DNA of 64,000 bases, from the NCBI GenBank assembly GCA_963715335.1, contig CAVQRZ010000021.1:1-64000 (forward strand), written 5' to 3'. The translations under genes were made by a program, and so were the position numbers. Below are positions 40,509-50,221 of the stretch, piece by piece (the stretch's first letter is position 1; every line of letters starts with the position of its first letter). The notes under the pieces were generated by a model. That model was given only the letters and a program-made list of their open reading frames with translations. It was not told the DNA's origin and did not search any database. Source of the stretch: an uncultured delta proteobacterium. Its GTDB lineage: Bacteria > Desulfobacterota > Desulfuromonadia > Desulfuromonadales > BM103.

Positions 40509-40950
40509 AAGCATTGAGGGTGCAGAGGCTCAGGCCGGCTCGGGAGCATGTCTTTAACAGCACGCATTGGAAGATTTGAAAAGTCAGTGATTTCAGCAGT
40601 TTATAAAATATTGAGGGCGGTTACGTTGCCTATCAATTCGCCGCAAATTACTGTGCCTCCTGAATTTGTCCATCGACAACCTGTAACTTGAACGTAAAAC
40701 TGTGCCCGCATCCGCAAAAGTGTGTCATGGGTTGATGCGGACGATTGCAAACCAGCAATGGGCTCAACCTGTAAATCGGTTTTTTGCCGCCGGAGCATCA
40801 GGTAAGTGCGACATAGCTCGACATTGTTAGTGGCAAGGAGAATAAAAACTGAACGTGGGTTGGGAGGAAGCAAGCAATTGCTACCGAAAGGATTACGCCT
40901 GCTGCACAAATGTACTCAAGCCTTCTATCTAACTTAACGGTCAAAGGCCG

Positions 40951-41454
40951 TCAGAATATGGATGCCAGCCGCATGTAGGCTTTTTGCAGCCGGTTCGACT
41001 CCGACAGCAGCATCCCCTTGAGAAGCTTGGTGCCGATGGCAGGATAATCTTCAAGTAATCGGTTGAAGTTGTCGTGAGCAAGCAGGATCAAACCGGAATT
41101 CTCCATAGCCGTCGCGGTCGTGTAGCGCGGCGCCGTGTCAACTGCGCAGCTGGAACCGATAACAGAGCCACGGCTGAACACCCCGACGACGACCTGCTTG
41201 CCGGGGAACTCGGTGTCAACCTTGATCTGGACCCGCCCGGAGATGATGAAGGCGATATAGTCACAGGAATCACCGGCCTTCCAGAGGTTGGTGCGCGCGG
41301 CAACAGTCCGACAGTTAAAAAAAACGCTCACATCACCGAGATCGCCCTCAGACAGAAAGCTGAAGAAGCCGAGTTCACGCTTCATCTGCTTGCAAAGGCG
41401 GGATGAACACTCCTCACCAAGACAGACGCTGTCAAAAGGCTCCAGTGAGGTCAT
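40951..41454 (-). CDS. Cyclic-nucleotide-binding domain protein (no HTH)
   Basis: LWKAGD...FIISGRV...G.VIG......PR..TATA; overlaps mlaC stop. Confidence 0.75.
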   Translation of the reverse strand: MTSLEPFDSVCLGEECSSRLCKQMKRELGFFSFLSEGDLGDVSVFFNCRTVAARTNLWKAGDSCDYIAFIISGRVQIKVDTEFPGKQVVVGVFSRGSVIGSSCAVDTAPRYTTATAMENSGLILLAHDNFNRLLEDYPAIGTKLLKGMLLSESNRLQKAYMRLASIF

Positions 41455-42074
41455 GTCTTTTCCCCAATCCTCATGGGTTGCCCATGTAATTCGGCGATCT
41501 TCTCTCTCATGCGCTCGAAGAGCCCCGCATACCCCTCCTTGCGCACGATTTCACCATAGCTGCTCCGATAATTCTTGATCAGGCTGATATCTTCGACCAC
41601 CACATCGTAGGCAAACCAGTCATCCCCCTGTTTGACCATGCGGTATTCAATCGGGATGTCCGTATTGCGGCTGTGGACGACCGTAACCACGACCGCGCGG
41701 TCGCCATCAATTTTTTCCGAGTTATAGTCGACCGTTTCGTCCGAGTAGGCTTCAATCCTGCCAATGTAGCTTGCCTCAAGAAGATCGGAATACAGGCGGA
41801 CGAATTCATTCTGCTCCTGTGCCGTGGCTTTTTTCCAATGTTGCCCTAGGGTGCGTTGGGACATGATGACAAAATCGAAACGTGCCCTTATCAGTTCGCT
41901 CAGGACCTTGCGCCGGGCCTCGCCCTGCAGCTCACCCTGACGCAACACCTCTATCACCTGGTTCACGGTGGCCTTGACCTGCTCCAGCGGTGATGCCGCA
42001 CAAATAGCCTGAGGCACTCCGAAAACGAGAACCCCAAAGATAATAAGCAGTACTTTTTTCGACCATATAGTCAT
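41451..42074 (-). CDS. mlaC: MlaC/Ttg2D phospholipid-binding protein
   Basis: FDF..MSQRTLG.HW, W.AYDVVVE.ISL..NYRS. Confidence 0.88.
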   Translation of the reverse strand: MTIWSKKVLLIIFGVLVFGVPQAICAASPLEQVKATVNQVIEVLRQGELQGEARRKVLSELIRARFDFVIMSQRTLGQHWKKATAQEQNEFVRLYSDLLEASYIGRIEAYSDETVDYNSEKIDGDRAVVVTVVHSRNTDIPIEYRMVKQGDDWFAYDVVVEDISLIKNYRSSYGEIVRKEGYAGLFERMREKIAELHGQPMRIGEKT

Positions 42075-42107
42075 TGTTCAAACCTCGGCAGTAACAGACA
42101 GCAGTCA

Positions 42108-42881
42108 TTATTTTTCGACTTTTGCCGCCCGGTTCTGCATGAAAGCGTTACGGATAAAAAGATACGGATCAAGCTCATCTCTCTTGATCGATTCATAGGT
42201 GTCTTTGTCGAGAGAAACTTCATTCACCTTGTCGTATGACTGTATACCGGCCACTTCAAGTGGCTTCATCTGCAGATAAAAGGGCGAGGGTACCGGGTGG
42301 ACCAGAGAATCGGCCACTTGACCGACGGCATCCCGGGCATTCGTCGGCCCGAAAACCGGCAGGACCAGGTAAAAGCCGGTAGACGTTCCGTAGCGCCCCA
42401 GCGTTTGCCCAAAGTCCTCGGCATCCGGTTTGACCATGTCATCCGGGGTCAGGTCAAACAGGCCCGCGATACCGAAAGTGGTATTGAGCATGAACAGCGC
42501 CAGCTCACCGGCCGCGTCATGACCCTTGCCCTGCAGCAGGCAGTTCACAAACCTGACCGGTGTCGCGAGGTTGTGGAAGAAGTTGCCGACAGATTCGCGG
42601 ACCGGCTCCGGAGCCACGTAACGATAGCCCTTCGCAACCGGCTTCAACAGGTAGAAATAGAGCTTGTCGTTAAACCAGAACATGCCGCGGTTGAACGGCT
42701 CCAGCGGATCCCAAACCGACAGTTCCTGATCACCCTCGTCAAGTTCCGTCCAGTCGACATCCGCCCGGGTTGCAGCTGGCGACACAGTGACACCATCCTC
42801 AACCTGGCCAGACCAGGCGATGGTCACTCCAACGACGAGAAAAATGAATGGCAACAGAACGATTCGACGTATCATCGGCAA
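42108..42881 (-). CDS. mlaA: MlaA/VacJ family protein
   Basis: DPLEPFNR, NTTFGIAGLFD, EDFGQTLG, YLVLPVFGPT. Confidence 0.9.
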   Translation of the reverse strand: MPMIRRIVLLPFIFLVVGVTIAWSGQVEDGVTVSPAATRADVDWTELDEGDQELSVWDPLEPFNRGMFWFNDKLYFYLLKPVAKGYRYVAPEPVRESVGNFFHNLATPVRFVNCLLQGKGHDAAGELALFMLNTTFGIAGLFDLTPDDMVKPDAEDFGQTLGRYGTSTGFYLVLPVFGPTNARDAVGQVADSLVHPVPSPFYLQMKPLEVAGIQSYDKVNEVSLDKDTYESIKRDELDPYLFIRNAFMQNRAAKVEK

Positions 42882-42920
42882 CAGCTCCTTACTGCAGAGC
42901 GCGTTTCCGGGGAAACAGGC

Positions 42921-43367
42921 TTAATTTTTTTCAAAGATGTACTTGCTCACCAGTTCTTCGAGATTGATGGCCGACTCGGTCTCGTGAATACGGCCGCCAT
43001 CGCCGAGCAACGCCTCGGAACCTCCCGGTGAGATATCGATGTAGCGGTCGCCGATGATCCCGGCGGTACGGACCGACGCGATACTGTCATCCTGCAAGAC
43101 GACGCCCTGGTCGATCGACATGACTACCTTCGCTTCGTAGTCGTCCGGGTCAAAGCTGATATCGGTCACCTTGCCCACCTTCACTCCGGCAATCTCGACA
43201 ATTGCGCCATCTTTCAGACCTGAGACCGAACCGAACTTTGCCGAGACTGCGTAGGTCTGCGGACCAAAGATATCAATGTCACCCAGCTGTACGGAGAGCC
43301 ACGCAAAACAGAGAAAGCCGGCGATCATGAAGAGACCGACAACCATTTCAACATTAAACCTGCGCAT
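42921..43367 (-). CDS. mlaD: MCE-domain protein MlaD
   Basis: Start MRRFNVE; VSGLK.GA.V.IAGVKVG, TAGIIGDRY. Confidence 0.9.
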   Translation of the reverse strand: MRRFNVEMVVGLFMIAGFLCFAWLSVQLGDIDIFGPQTYAVSAKFGSVSGLKDGAIVEIAGVKVGKVTDISFDPDDYEAKVVMSIDQGVVLQDDSIASVRTAGIIGDRYIDISPGGSEALLGDGGRIHETESAINLEELVSKYIFEKN

Positions 43368-44166
43368 AAAAACCGTTCTCCTCTCTGTCACTTGAATAGA
43401 GATGTCCCATGGTTTCTTCGACAAAAGCCCTGATCGTCGGTTGCTCGGAAAGCTGGAAATCCTCTGGGGACATACACCCCTGGATCCGGCCTTCTGCGAG
43501 CAACGCCACCTCGTCAGCCAGTTTGAAAATTTTCGGCACATCATGGCTGACGATCACTGCAGTATAGCCGAGCTGCTGCTGGGTCCGATAAAAGAGCCGG
43601 TAGAGCTCGTTGCTCTTGTGAGCATCCAGGCCGGTAGTCGGTTCATCGAAAAAAACGATTTTCGGCCTCAGCATCAGGGCCCTGGCAAGGCCGACGCGCT
43701 TACGCATGCCGCCACTAAGCTGTGCGGGAAATTTATCTATCGCTTCCTGCAGCCCCATCAGGCCGAGCTTCTCCATGACGCCCTGGCGCACCTCGTCTTC
43801 ATTCCGCCGGGTCCTCTCACGTAAAGGCAGGGCAACATTATCGTAAACATTCAGCGAATCAAAGAGCGCGGCATTCTGGAAAAGAACACCAAAATTTTCA
43901 CGGATCTCGTCCTTCTCTTTTCGATTCAGGCGATTGATATTACGACCGAAGACCTTGACCGTGCCGCGGTCCGGCCTGACCAGGCCGAGCATGTGCTTGA
44001 TAATAACGCTTTTGCCCTGCCCGCTTGCGCCAACGATCACCAGGGTCCGGCCTTCGCGAACCTGCAGATCGACACCGCGCAGCACCGCTTGACGCCCGAA
44101 AGACTTCTTGACGCCGGAGAGCTCGATGACCACAGGTGGGGTATGATTGTCCTGACCATTCATCAT
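43354..44166 (-). CDS. mlaF: ABC ATPase MlaF
   Basis: GASGQGKS, LSGGMRKRVGLAR, DEPTTGLD. Confidence 0.9.
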   Translation of the reverse strand: MMNGQDNHTPPVVIELSGVKKSFGRQAVLRGVDLQVREGRTLVIVGASGQGKSVIIKHMLGLVRPDRGTVKVFGRNINRLNRKEKDEIRENFGVLFQNAALFDSLNVYDNVALPLRERTRRNEDEVRQGVMEKLGLMGLQEAIDKFPAQLSGGMRKRVGLARALMLRPKIVFFDEPTTGLDAHKSNELYRLFYRTQQQLGYTAVIVSHDVPKIFKLADEVALLAEGRIQGCMSPEDFQLSEQPTIRAFVEETMGHLYSSDREENGFYAQV

Positions 44167-44191
44167 TAAAGTCCCATCAGCATTGGCAGTA

Positions 44192-44980
44192 TCACAACAG
44201 CAGGGCGCTGATCAGGTAATCCCACACCAGCACACTGACCGAGGAGAGCACCACCGCATCCGTTGTCGTCCGACTGACCCCTTCCGCACCAAAACCTCCC
44301 GACCGCTCCAGGTGCAGGTAAAACCCTTTGCAGGCGGCAATCCAGACCATCAGCAAACCGAAAACCAATGATTTGACCAGGCCCATTTCCACATCAGCCC
44401 AGACCACGCTGGAGTACATCCCCTGAAAATATGCCCCAGGATTGATGCCGAACAGACCGGACCCGACCATGTACCCACCCATGATACCGATCACGTCAAA
44501 GATCGCCGTCAGCAATGGCATGGCAATAATTCCGGCAAGTAATTTGGGCGCGATCAGGTAGCGAAAAGGATCAACCGCCATACACTCCAGGGCATCGATC
44601 TGCTCGGAGTTGCGCATAATGCCCATCTCGGCGCAGATCGCCGAGCCGGCCCGACCGATGACCATGAGTGCAGTCAAGACCGGCCCGAGTTCACGGATCA
44701 GGCTCAGGGCGACCGCCGAACCGAGAAATCCCTCGGAGCCAAATTTACGCAGTGTGTAGTAGCCCTGCAGACCAAGGACCATGCCGGTGAAAAGGCCAGT
44801 GAAAAGAATAACGAATGCCGAGCGCGCACCGATAAAATGAACCTGGCGCACCACCGGCTTCAACTTGAACGGCGGGTGGAAAACACTCGCCAGGGCACGC
44901 ACCAGAAACATCCCCATGCGACCGGAGGTTTCGAGAAAACCGAGTGATCCGGAACCTATTTTTTCTATCAACTGGTACAT
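44192..44980 (-). CDS. mlaE: MlaE permease
   Basis: Start MYQLIE; RELGPVLTAL...GRAGSA..AE.G.M..SEQIDAL. Confidence 0.92.
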   Translation of the reverse strand: MYQLIEKIGSGSLGFLETSGRMGMFLVRALASVFHPPFKLKPVVRQVHFIGARSAFVILFTGLFTGMVLGLQGYYTLRKFGSEGFLGSAVALSLIRELGPVLTALMVIGRAGSAICAEMGIMRNSEQIDALECMAVDPFRYLIAPKLLAGIIAMPLLTAIFDVIGIMGGYMVGSGLFGINPGAYFQGMYSSVVWADVEMGLVKSLVFGLLMVWIAACKGFYLHLERSGGFGAEGVSRTTTDAVVLSSVSVLVWDYLISALLL

Positions 44981-45224
44981 AAATAGTCTTTTCAGGGTTT
45001 GCAGAGACCTCGGCACCCGAGGTGTCTCACACAAACATCATAACACAGCCAAACCTTTTTACCTCACCAACGCCGCAGAGACAAAGAGATCATTAATTAC
45101 AGGGAGATGAGAGTTTTCTCAGAGTACTGGTGAACGACCACAGGCGAGCGCTTTTGCTCCGGAGCTGGAGCGGACAAGCCTGCCCCGCTACAGGATTAAC
45201 CGGGGGCGGATCCAGAGCCAAAAT

Positions 45225-45258
45225 AAAAGGGCGGGCCAAGATTGGCCCGCCCTGAAAA
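45225..45258 (-). terminator. Intrinsic terminator of heme operon
   Basis: AGGGCGGGCCAA-GA-TTGGCCCGCCCT with T-tract on minus strand. Confidence 0.65.
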
Positions 45259-45307
45259 AGAGCTGACTGCTCCGCCTTTGCACCTAACCCGGCGTGCGCA
45301 AACCGAC

Positions 45308-45490
45308 TCAGTTATGGCAGGTCGGATCGTACATCATCGCCAGCCGGCCGCGACTGGCCAGGCAATTCGCACAGACCTTGCCAGCATCGCCGTAGCGTTC
45401 CTTGGCGAGGATCATGCCGGCCTCAATCTCCGTGCCACCCGGCAGATTCTCTGGGTCGAATTCTGCTCCGCAGTGCCTGCAGGGGATCAT
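45308..45490 (-). CDS. Small CxxC...CxxC hypothetical protein
   Basis: MIPCRHCG...VCANCLASRGRLAMMY; ATGA overlap with hemH stop. Confidence 0.6.
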   Translation of the reverse strand: MIPCRHCGAEFDPENLPGGTEIEAGMILAKERYGDAGKVCANCLASRGRLAMMYDPTCHN

Positions 45491-46512
45491 CCGGAGCCTT
45501 TCAGGTGGCTGCGGACCAGTGCGGCAAGGGCCTGCAGAAAGTCCATGTTGTCGTTCAGCGATGGCGCACGTTCGAACCTCGGCAGGCCGATCGCTTCGGC
45601 ATGCATGCGGAATTCGAAATCAATCTCCTGCAGGGTTTCGATATGGTCCGAGACGAACGAAATCGGCACGATCAACACGCCCGGGGCCTTCTCGGCACCG
45701 AGTTGATCGAGCACGTTCAGGGTGTCCGGCTCCATCCACTGCACCGGACCCGTCCGGCTCTGGAAGCCAAGCTTCCAGGGGCGTTCTTCGAAGCGCTGCA
45801 TGACTCCCCGCACTGTGCACAAGACATGGTCAAGGTAAGGGTCGCCTTCGTCTATGAACTTCTGCGGCAGGGCGTGGGCAGAAAAAAGGATCGGAATTTC
45901 GTCACGGACCAATTCGTGAAACTTTTCCAACCCTTCACGTATGCGGTTGGCCAAAGCATCGAGGTATCCCGGCCAGTCGTACCATTCGCGAATGATCGTG
46001 TACTGGAGTTCCGGATAGATGCTGGCCGCGGCCGCCTCAAAGTCCTTAACGCTGCTGCCGGTGGTTGCGCCGGTGTAATGCGGATACATCGAGAGCACGA
46101 CGGCCTGTTCGATGCCGTCCTGCTTCATCCGACGCAGACACTCATCGGCGCGGGGCTTCCAGTAGCGCATCGCCACGTATGGTCTGACCTGCGCGCCAAG
46201 CTCCCGCGCAGCACCCTGCGCCTGTTTCTCCGTCCACGACAAAAGCGGCGACCGGCCACCGATCATGGCATAGTTAACCCTGACCTTCGGTGCCCGGATC
46301 CGACTGATCAGCCAAGCGAAGGGCTTCTGCAAAAGGGCCCCGGCCGGCAGCTGAATCAGCTCCCGGTCGGAAAACAGGTTATAGAGAAAAGGACGGACCG
46401 CCCTTAGCGAGTCGGGTCCGCCCATATTCAAAAGGACCAGGCCCGTTGGTTTCTCTAGAGAGACCAACGGCCGGGGGCTGGGGGTTGGGGGCTGGTTACT
46501 CTCGCCTCGCAT
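45487..46512 (-). CDS. hemH: Ferrochelatase
   Basis: LLNMGGP, IGGRSPL, MRYWKP, LFSAHALP, FVSDHIETL; exact start uncertain. Confidence 0.93.
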   Translation of the reverse strand: MRGESNQPPTPSPRPLVSLEKPTGLVLLNMGGPDSLRAVRPFLYNLFSDRELIQLPAGALLQKPFAWLISRIRAPKVRVNYAMIGGRSPLLSWTEKQAQGAARELGAQVRPYVAMRYWKPRADECLRRMKQDGIEQAVVLSMYPHYTGATTGSSVKDFEAAAASIYPELQYTIIREWYDWPGYLDALANRIREGLEKFHELVRDEIPILFSAHALPQKFIDEGDPYLDHVLCTVRGVMQRFEERPWKLGFQSRTGPVQWMEPDTLNVLDQLGAEKAPGVLIVPISFVSDHIETLQEIDFEFRMHAEAIGLPRFERAPSLNDNMDFLQALAALVRSHLKGSG

Positions 46513-46530
46513 TTCGCGCCGCGCGCCTCG

Positions 46531-47556
46531 TTATTTGCCGCTGTGCTTGTGGACGCATTCAACCATGAACTTGGCGTGCTCGGGGTCAACCGTCGGCAGG
46601 ATGCCATGGCCAAGGTTGAAGATGTGCCCGGGACGGCCGGCATTCTCGTCGAGGATCCGCTTGACCTCGCGCTCGATGTGCTCTTTTGGCGCATAGAGCA
46701 CGGTCGGGTCGAGATTGCCCTGCACAGCAATATCGGGGCCGATGATATCTCTGGCCTTGCCGAGGTTGACATGCCAGTCGAGGCCCATGACATCCGATCC
46801 GGCCTTGGCAACAGTATCAAGCATGGTGCCGGCACCCTTGACGAAGTGGATGATCGGTACACTGCGGTCGAGGCCGTCAATCAGCTTCTTCGTGTAGGGG
46901 AGGATGAACTTCTCATAGTCGAGGGGTGAAACGATGCCCCCCCAGGTGTCAAAGATCTGGATCGTCTGGGCACCGGCTGCAATCTGGGCGTTCAGATACT
47001 GACGGTCCATTTCCGTGATCTTATCCATCAGCTTGGCATACAGCTTAGGCGCCCCGTACATCAAGCGTTTGATCTGGGCGAAATCTTTGCTCCCCTTGCC
47101 TTCGACCATATAGCAGGCCAGGGTGAAGGGGGCGCCGCCGAAACCGATCAGGGGTACACGGCCTTCAAACTCGCGACGCAGAATCTTGATCGTCTCGAGG
47201 ACGTAAGGGACGTCCTCTTCCATCACCGGGATGCGCAGGGCATCGATATCGGCCTCGGTACGCACCGGGTTCTCGAACACCGGACCGGGCACGAAGTCAA
47301 GCTTCAGCCCCATCGGTTCCACCGGTGTCAGGATGTCGGAGAAAAGGATCGCCGCATCGGCGTTCAGGTAGTCGATCGGCTGAATCGTCACCTCGGCGGC
47401 GAGCTCAGGGGTTTTGCACAATTCGAGGAAGGTGACTTTCTTACGTACCGCCATGTACTGGGGCAGGTAACGGCCGGCCTGGCGCATCAGCCAGACCGGG
47501 GTGTAATCGGTTTTCTCACCGCGACAGGCTTTCAGAAACGTATAATCCTGGGACAT
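46531..47556 (-). CDS. hemE: Uroporphyrinogen decarboxylase
   Basis: PVWLMRQAGRYLP, ILFSDIL, FNLGHGI. Confidence 0.97.
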   Translation of the reverse strand: MSQDYTFLKACRGEKTDYTPVWLMRQAGRYLPQYMAVRKKVTFLELCKTPELAAEVTIQPIDYLNADAAILFSDILTPVEPMGLKLDFVPGPVFENPVRTEADIDALRIPVMEEDVPYVLETIKILRREFEGRVPLIGFGGAPFTLACYMVEGKGSKDFAQIKRLMYGAPKLYAKLMDKITEMDRQYLNAQIAAGAQTIQIFDTWGGIVSPLDYEKFILPYTKKLIDGLDRSVPIIHFVKGAGTMLDTVAKAGSDVMGLDWHVNLGKARDIIGPDIAVQGNLDPTVLYAPKEHIEREVKRILDENAGRPGHIFNLGHGILPTVDPEHAKFMVECVHKHSGK

Positions 47557-47637
47557 GTTGTTGCCTCCTGTATATTAAATTCGGGGGCTGGACGCTGGGG
47601 GCTGGCAAACCAGTCCCCAGCCCCTAGCCCCTAGCGA

Positions 47638-48744
47638 CTATTTGTTAGCGTTTTCCGCGGCTTCCTTCTCCATCCGCTTGCGGGTGCGATCGGGAATGTA
47701 GTTGCAGAACGGCTCTTCTTCCATGTAATCGCCGTAGACCGCATCAGCACGGGCGCGACAGCCACCGCAGACGTTGATAAACTCGCATTCGCCGCACTTG
47801 CCCTTGTACTTCTTGAAGTCACGCAGGTCGTTAAAGGTCTTGCTGTTGAACCAGAGTTCCTTGAACGGGATCTGCTTGACGTTGCCGACCGACGAGTGAA
47901 AATATGAGCAGGGCTTGAGGTTGCCGAAGCAGTCGATCAGGCAGATCGTCTGGGCAGCGATGCAGCCTTTGCCGCCACCGGTGGAGAACGTCAGGCTACG
48001 ACGCTTGAAATCGACCCCTTCGGCCTTGGCCATCTGCGGCACGATACGGTAATAGTGCGGCGCGCAGGTCGGCCGCATCAGGATGTCGTCTTCGCCCTTC
48101 TCCTGTTCGTAGTGCCAGGAGAGAATCTCCTCGTAATCATCCGGCGAGATCAGTTCGTTCATGATCTCTTCGCCACGCCCGGTCGGCACGATCATGAACA
48201 TGTACCAGGCTGTCGAACCGAGGCTCTTGGCCACCTTGAAGGTCGCAGCAATATCGTGCTGGTTGCGTTTGGTAAACGACGAGTTGATCAGGAACTTGAT
48301 GCCGTTGCGTTTGAGCGTCTCGGCGCCGCGCACGACACCTTCGAAAGCCCCGGGACAGGCGCGGAAGTTATCATGTATTTCGGCTGTCGAGCCATCGAGT
48401 GAAAGCGAGACCATCTTGATGTCGGCTGCTTGCATCTGCTCGCAGATTTCATCGGTAATCAGGGTTCCGTTGGTCGCAATACACATGCGCAGCCCCTTAT
48501 TGGTACCGTAGCGGGCGATCTCAAAGATATCCTTGCGGAGCAGCGGTTCACCGCCGGACAGGACCATGACCGGGGTGCTGACTTCGCAGATATCGTCAAT
48601 CAGTTTGAACGCTTCTTCAGTATTGAAATCGCCGACCGCAGCATCCATGTCGGACGAACAGCGGCAGTGTACGCAATTAAGGTTGCAGCGCTGGGTCGAT
48701 TCCCAGGCAATCCACTTGGGGATGAATTCTTCCTTTTTCGCCAT
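47638..48744 (-). CDS. Radical SAM/SPASM protein, AhbD-like (heme b synthase)
   Basis: [29 protein letters not shown] Cys set (KGKCGECEF...CGGCRARA); directly upstream of hemE-hemH. Confidence 0.7.
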   Translation of the reverse strand: MAKKEEFIPKWIAWESTQRCNLNCVHCRCSSDMDAAVGDFNTEEAFKLIDDICEVSTPVMVLSGGEPLLRKDIFEIARYGTNKGLRMCIATNGTLITDEICEQMQAADIKMVSLSLDGSTAEIHDNFRACPGAFEGVVRGAETLKRNGIKFLINSSFTKRNQHDIAATFKVAKSLGSTAWYMFMIVPTGRGEEIMNELISPDDYEEILSWHYEQEKGEDDILMRPTCAPHYYRIVPQMAKAEGVDFKRRSLTFSTGGGKGCIAAQTICLIDCFGNLKPCSYFHSSVGNVKQIPFKELWFNSKTFNDLRDFKKYKGKCGECEFINVCGGCRARADAVYGDYMEEEPFCNYIPDRTRKRMEKEAAENANK

Positions 48745-48891
48745 CCGAGCAACTCCTCAAGAAAAGAATGAGGTTCGGGGTTATCCCGAACCACATCCTG
48801 CGATACTACAACAGAACAGGCTGGCCTGACAAGGGCTATAGGGATATTTTCAAGTCCTGAACTGTTGGTTTTGTGCGGATTAAGCTGACAT

Positions 48892-48917
48892 AAAAAAGGC
48901 AGCCTTCAGGCTGCCTT
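48892..48917 (-). terminator. Intrinsic terminator
   Basis: Minus: AAGGCAGCC-TGAA-GGCTGCC-TTTTTT. Confidence 0.7.
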
Positions 48918-48941
48918 GCAAAGTTTAAGGACGCGGAAGCA

Positions 48942-50015
48942 TCATCCGCAGACAGCCTGGGTGACCTGGTCATGGAAGAGTTCGTCGAAAATACCCTGGA
49001 CCGTTTCAATGCGCGTGGCTTTCCAGGCATTGCTGCCGCAGAAAACCAGTCCGGTTTCCATGTCGCCCCTTTGTGCACGATCAAGGGCATGGACGATGCA
49101 GAAGCGTTCCTGCTCAGACTTGTAAGTGCACTTGCGCAGGCAGCCGGTCGGGCATCTTGGTGTCATCTCCAGATCGCGTTCACGTATCGCCGGGACATTC
49201 GCCACCAGGGCCCTGCCCGGCAGACCCGCCGGACTCATAATCAGCCCGATATCGCTTTCGCTGCAGTTCAGGTACGCCTGCTTGAAGGCATCATCGGCGT
49301 CACACTCTTCGGTACAGACAAAACGGGTCCCCATCTGTACGCCGTCGGCTCCCTGTGCCATGGCATTGTCAAAATCGGCCCGGTCCCAGATACCCCCTGC
49401 GGCAATAACGGGAACATCAAGCTTCCACGTATCGCGGAGATAAGCCTTGACACCGCGTACCGTCGCATACTGATCATATTCACCAGTCCCGATATTCTCC
49501 AATTTCTCCCCTAGATGACCACCCGCGGTGTCGGGGTCTTCAACCACCACGGCATCGGGCAGGCGATCATAGGCCTTGTGCCATTTGCGGGCGATCAATT
49601 CGGCGGCCTTGATCGAAGAAACGATCGGCACCAGGGCCACGTCCGGCCAGTCGGCGGTCAGCTCCGGCAGGTTCATGGGCAGGCCGGCACCACTGACGAT
49701 CAACTTCGCGCCACCTTCGCAGGAAGCTTTGACCAGCTCAGCATAGTCGGTGACCGCGACCATGCAGTTGGTGCCGATCACGCCATCCGGTGCAATTTCG
49801 TAAGCCTTGGCCAATTCATCCTTGAGCGCCAGAGGTTCTGCGGCAAAGTAGTTGTCACCCTTGAAACGCGGGGTGTTAATGCCGATTCCCGCAGTGGCCA
49901 CCAGGCCGATGCCGCCACAGCGGGCCACGTTGCCGGCCAGGCGATGCCCCGAAACACGGACGGCCATGCCGCCCTGGATCAGAGGATAGGGAACTTCATG
50001 TTTGCCGATGCGCAT
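48942..50015 (-). CDS. Nitronate monooxygenase/FabK-like flavoprotein with Fe-S Cys motif
   Basis: PLIQGGM, AGGHLG, VIAAGGI, GVQMGTRF, CPTGCLRKC...FCI. Confidence 0.85.
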   Translation of the reverse strand: MRIGKHEVPYPLIQGGMAVRVSGHRLAGNVARCGGIGLVATAGIGINTPRFKGDNYFAAEPLALKDELAKAYEIAPDGVIGTNCMVAVTDYAELVKASCEGGAKLIVSGAGLPMNLPELTADWPDVALVPIVSSIKAAELIARKWHKAYDRLPDAVVVEDPDTAGGHLGEKLENIGTGEYDQYATVRGVKAYLRDTWKLDVPVIAAGGIWDRADFDNAMAQGADGVQMGTRFVCTEECDADDAFKQAYLNCSESDIGLIMSPAGLPGRALVANVPAIRERDLEMTPRCPTGCLRKCTYKSEQERFCIVHALDRAQRGDMETGLVFCGSNAWKATRIETVQGIFDELFHDQVTQAVCG

Positions 50016-50221
50016 CGTGACTCCGGAGACTTCAGGTTGATCTTAGGCGAGAGGGCCTCAGATTCTTGATTGATTTTAACAGAGAGCTCTCTGCCGATAT
50101 GTAATACTTCTGTAAAATCTTCGGCATAGTGTTGTCGTGATCTTCACATATAATTCAATCTTTCTTGAAGGTTACGGCCTAAGGGTCAAAGCCGGTTTCT
50201 CCTTGTCGCCTGCTGTCGGTA

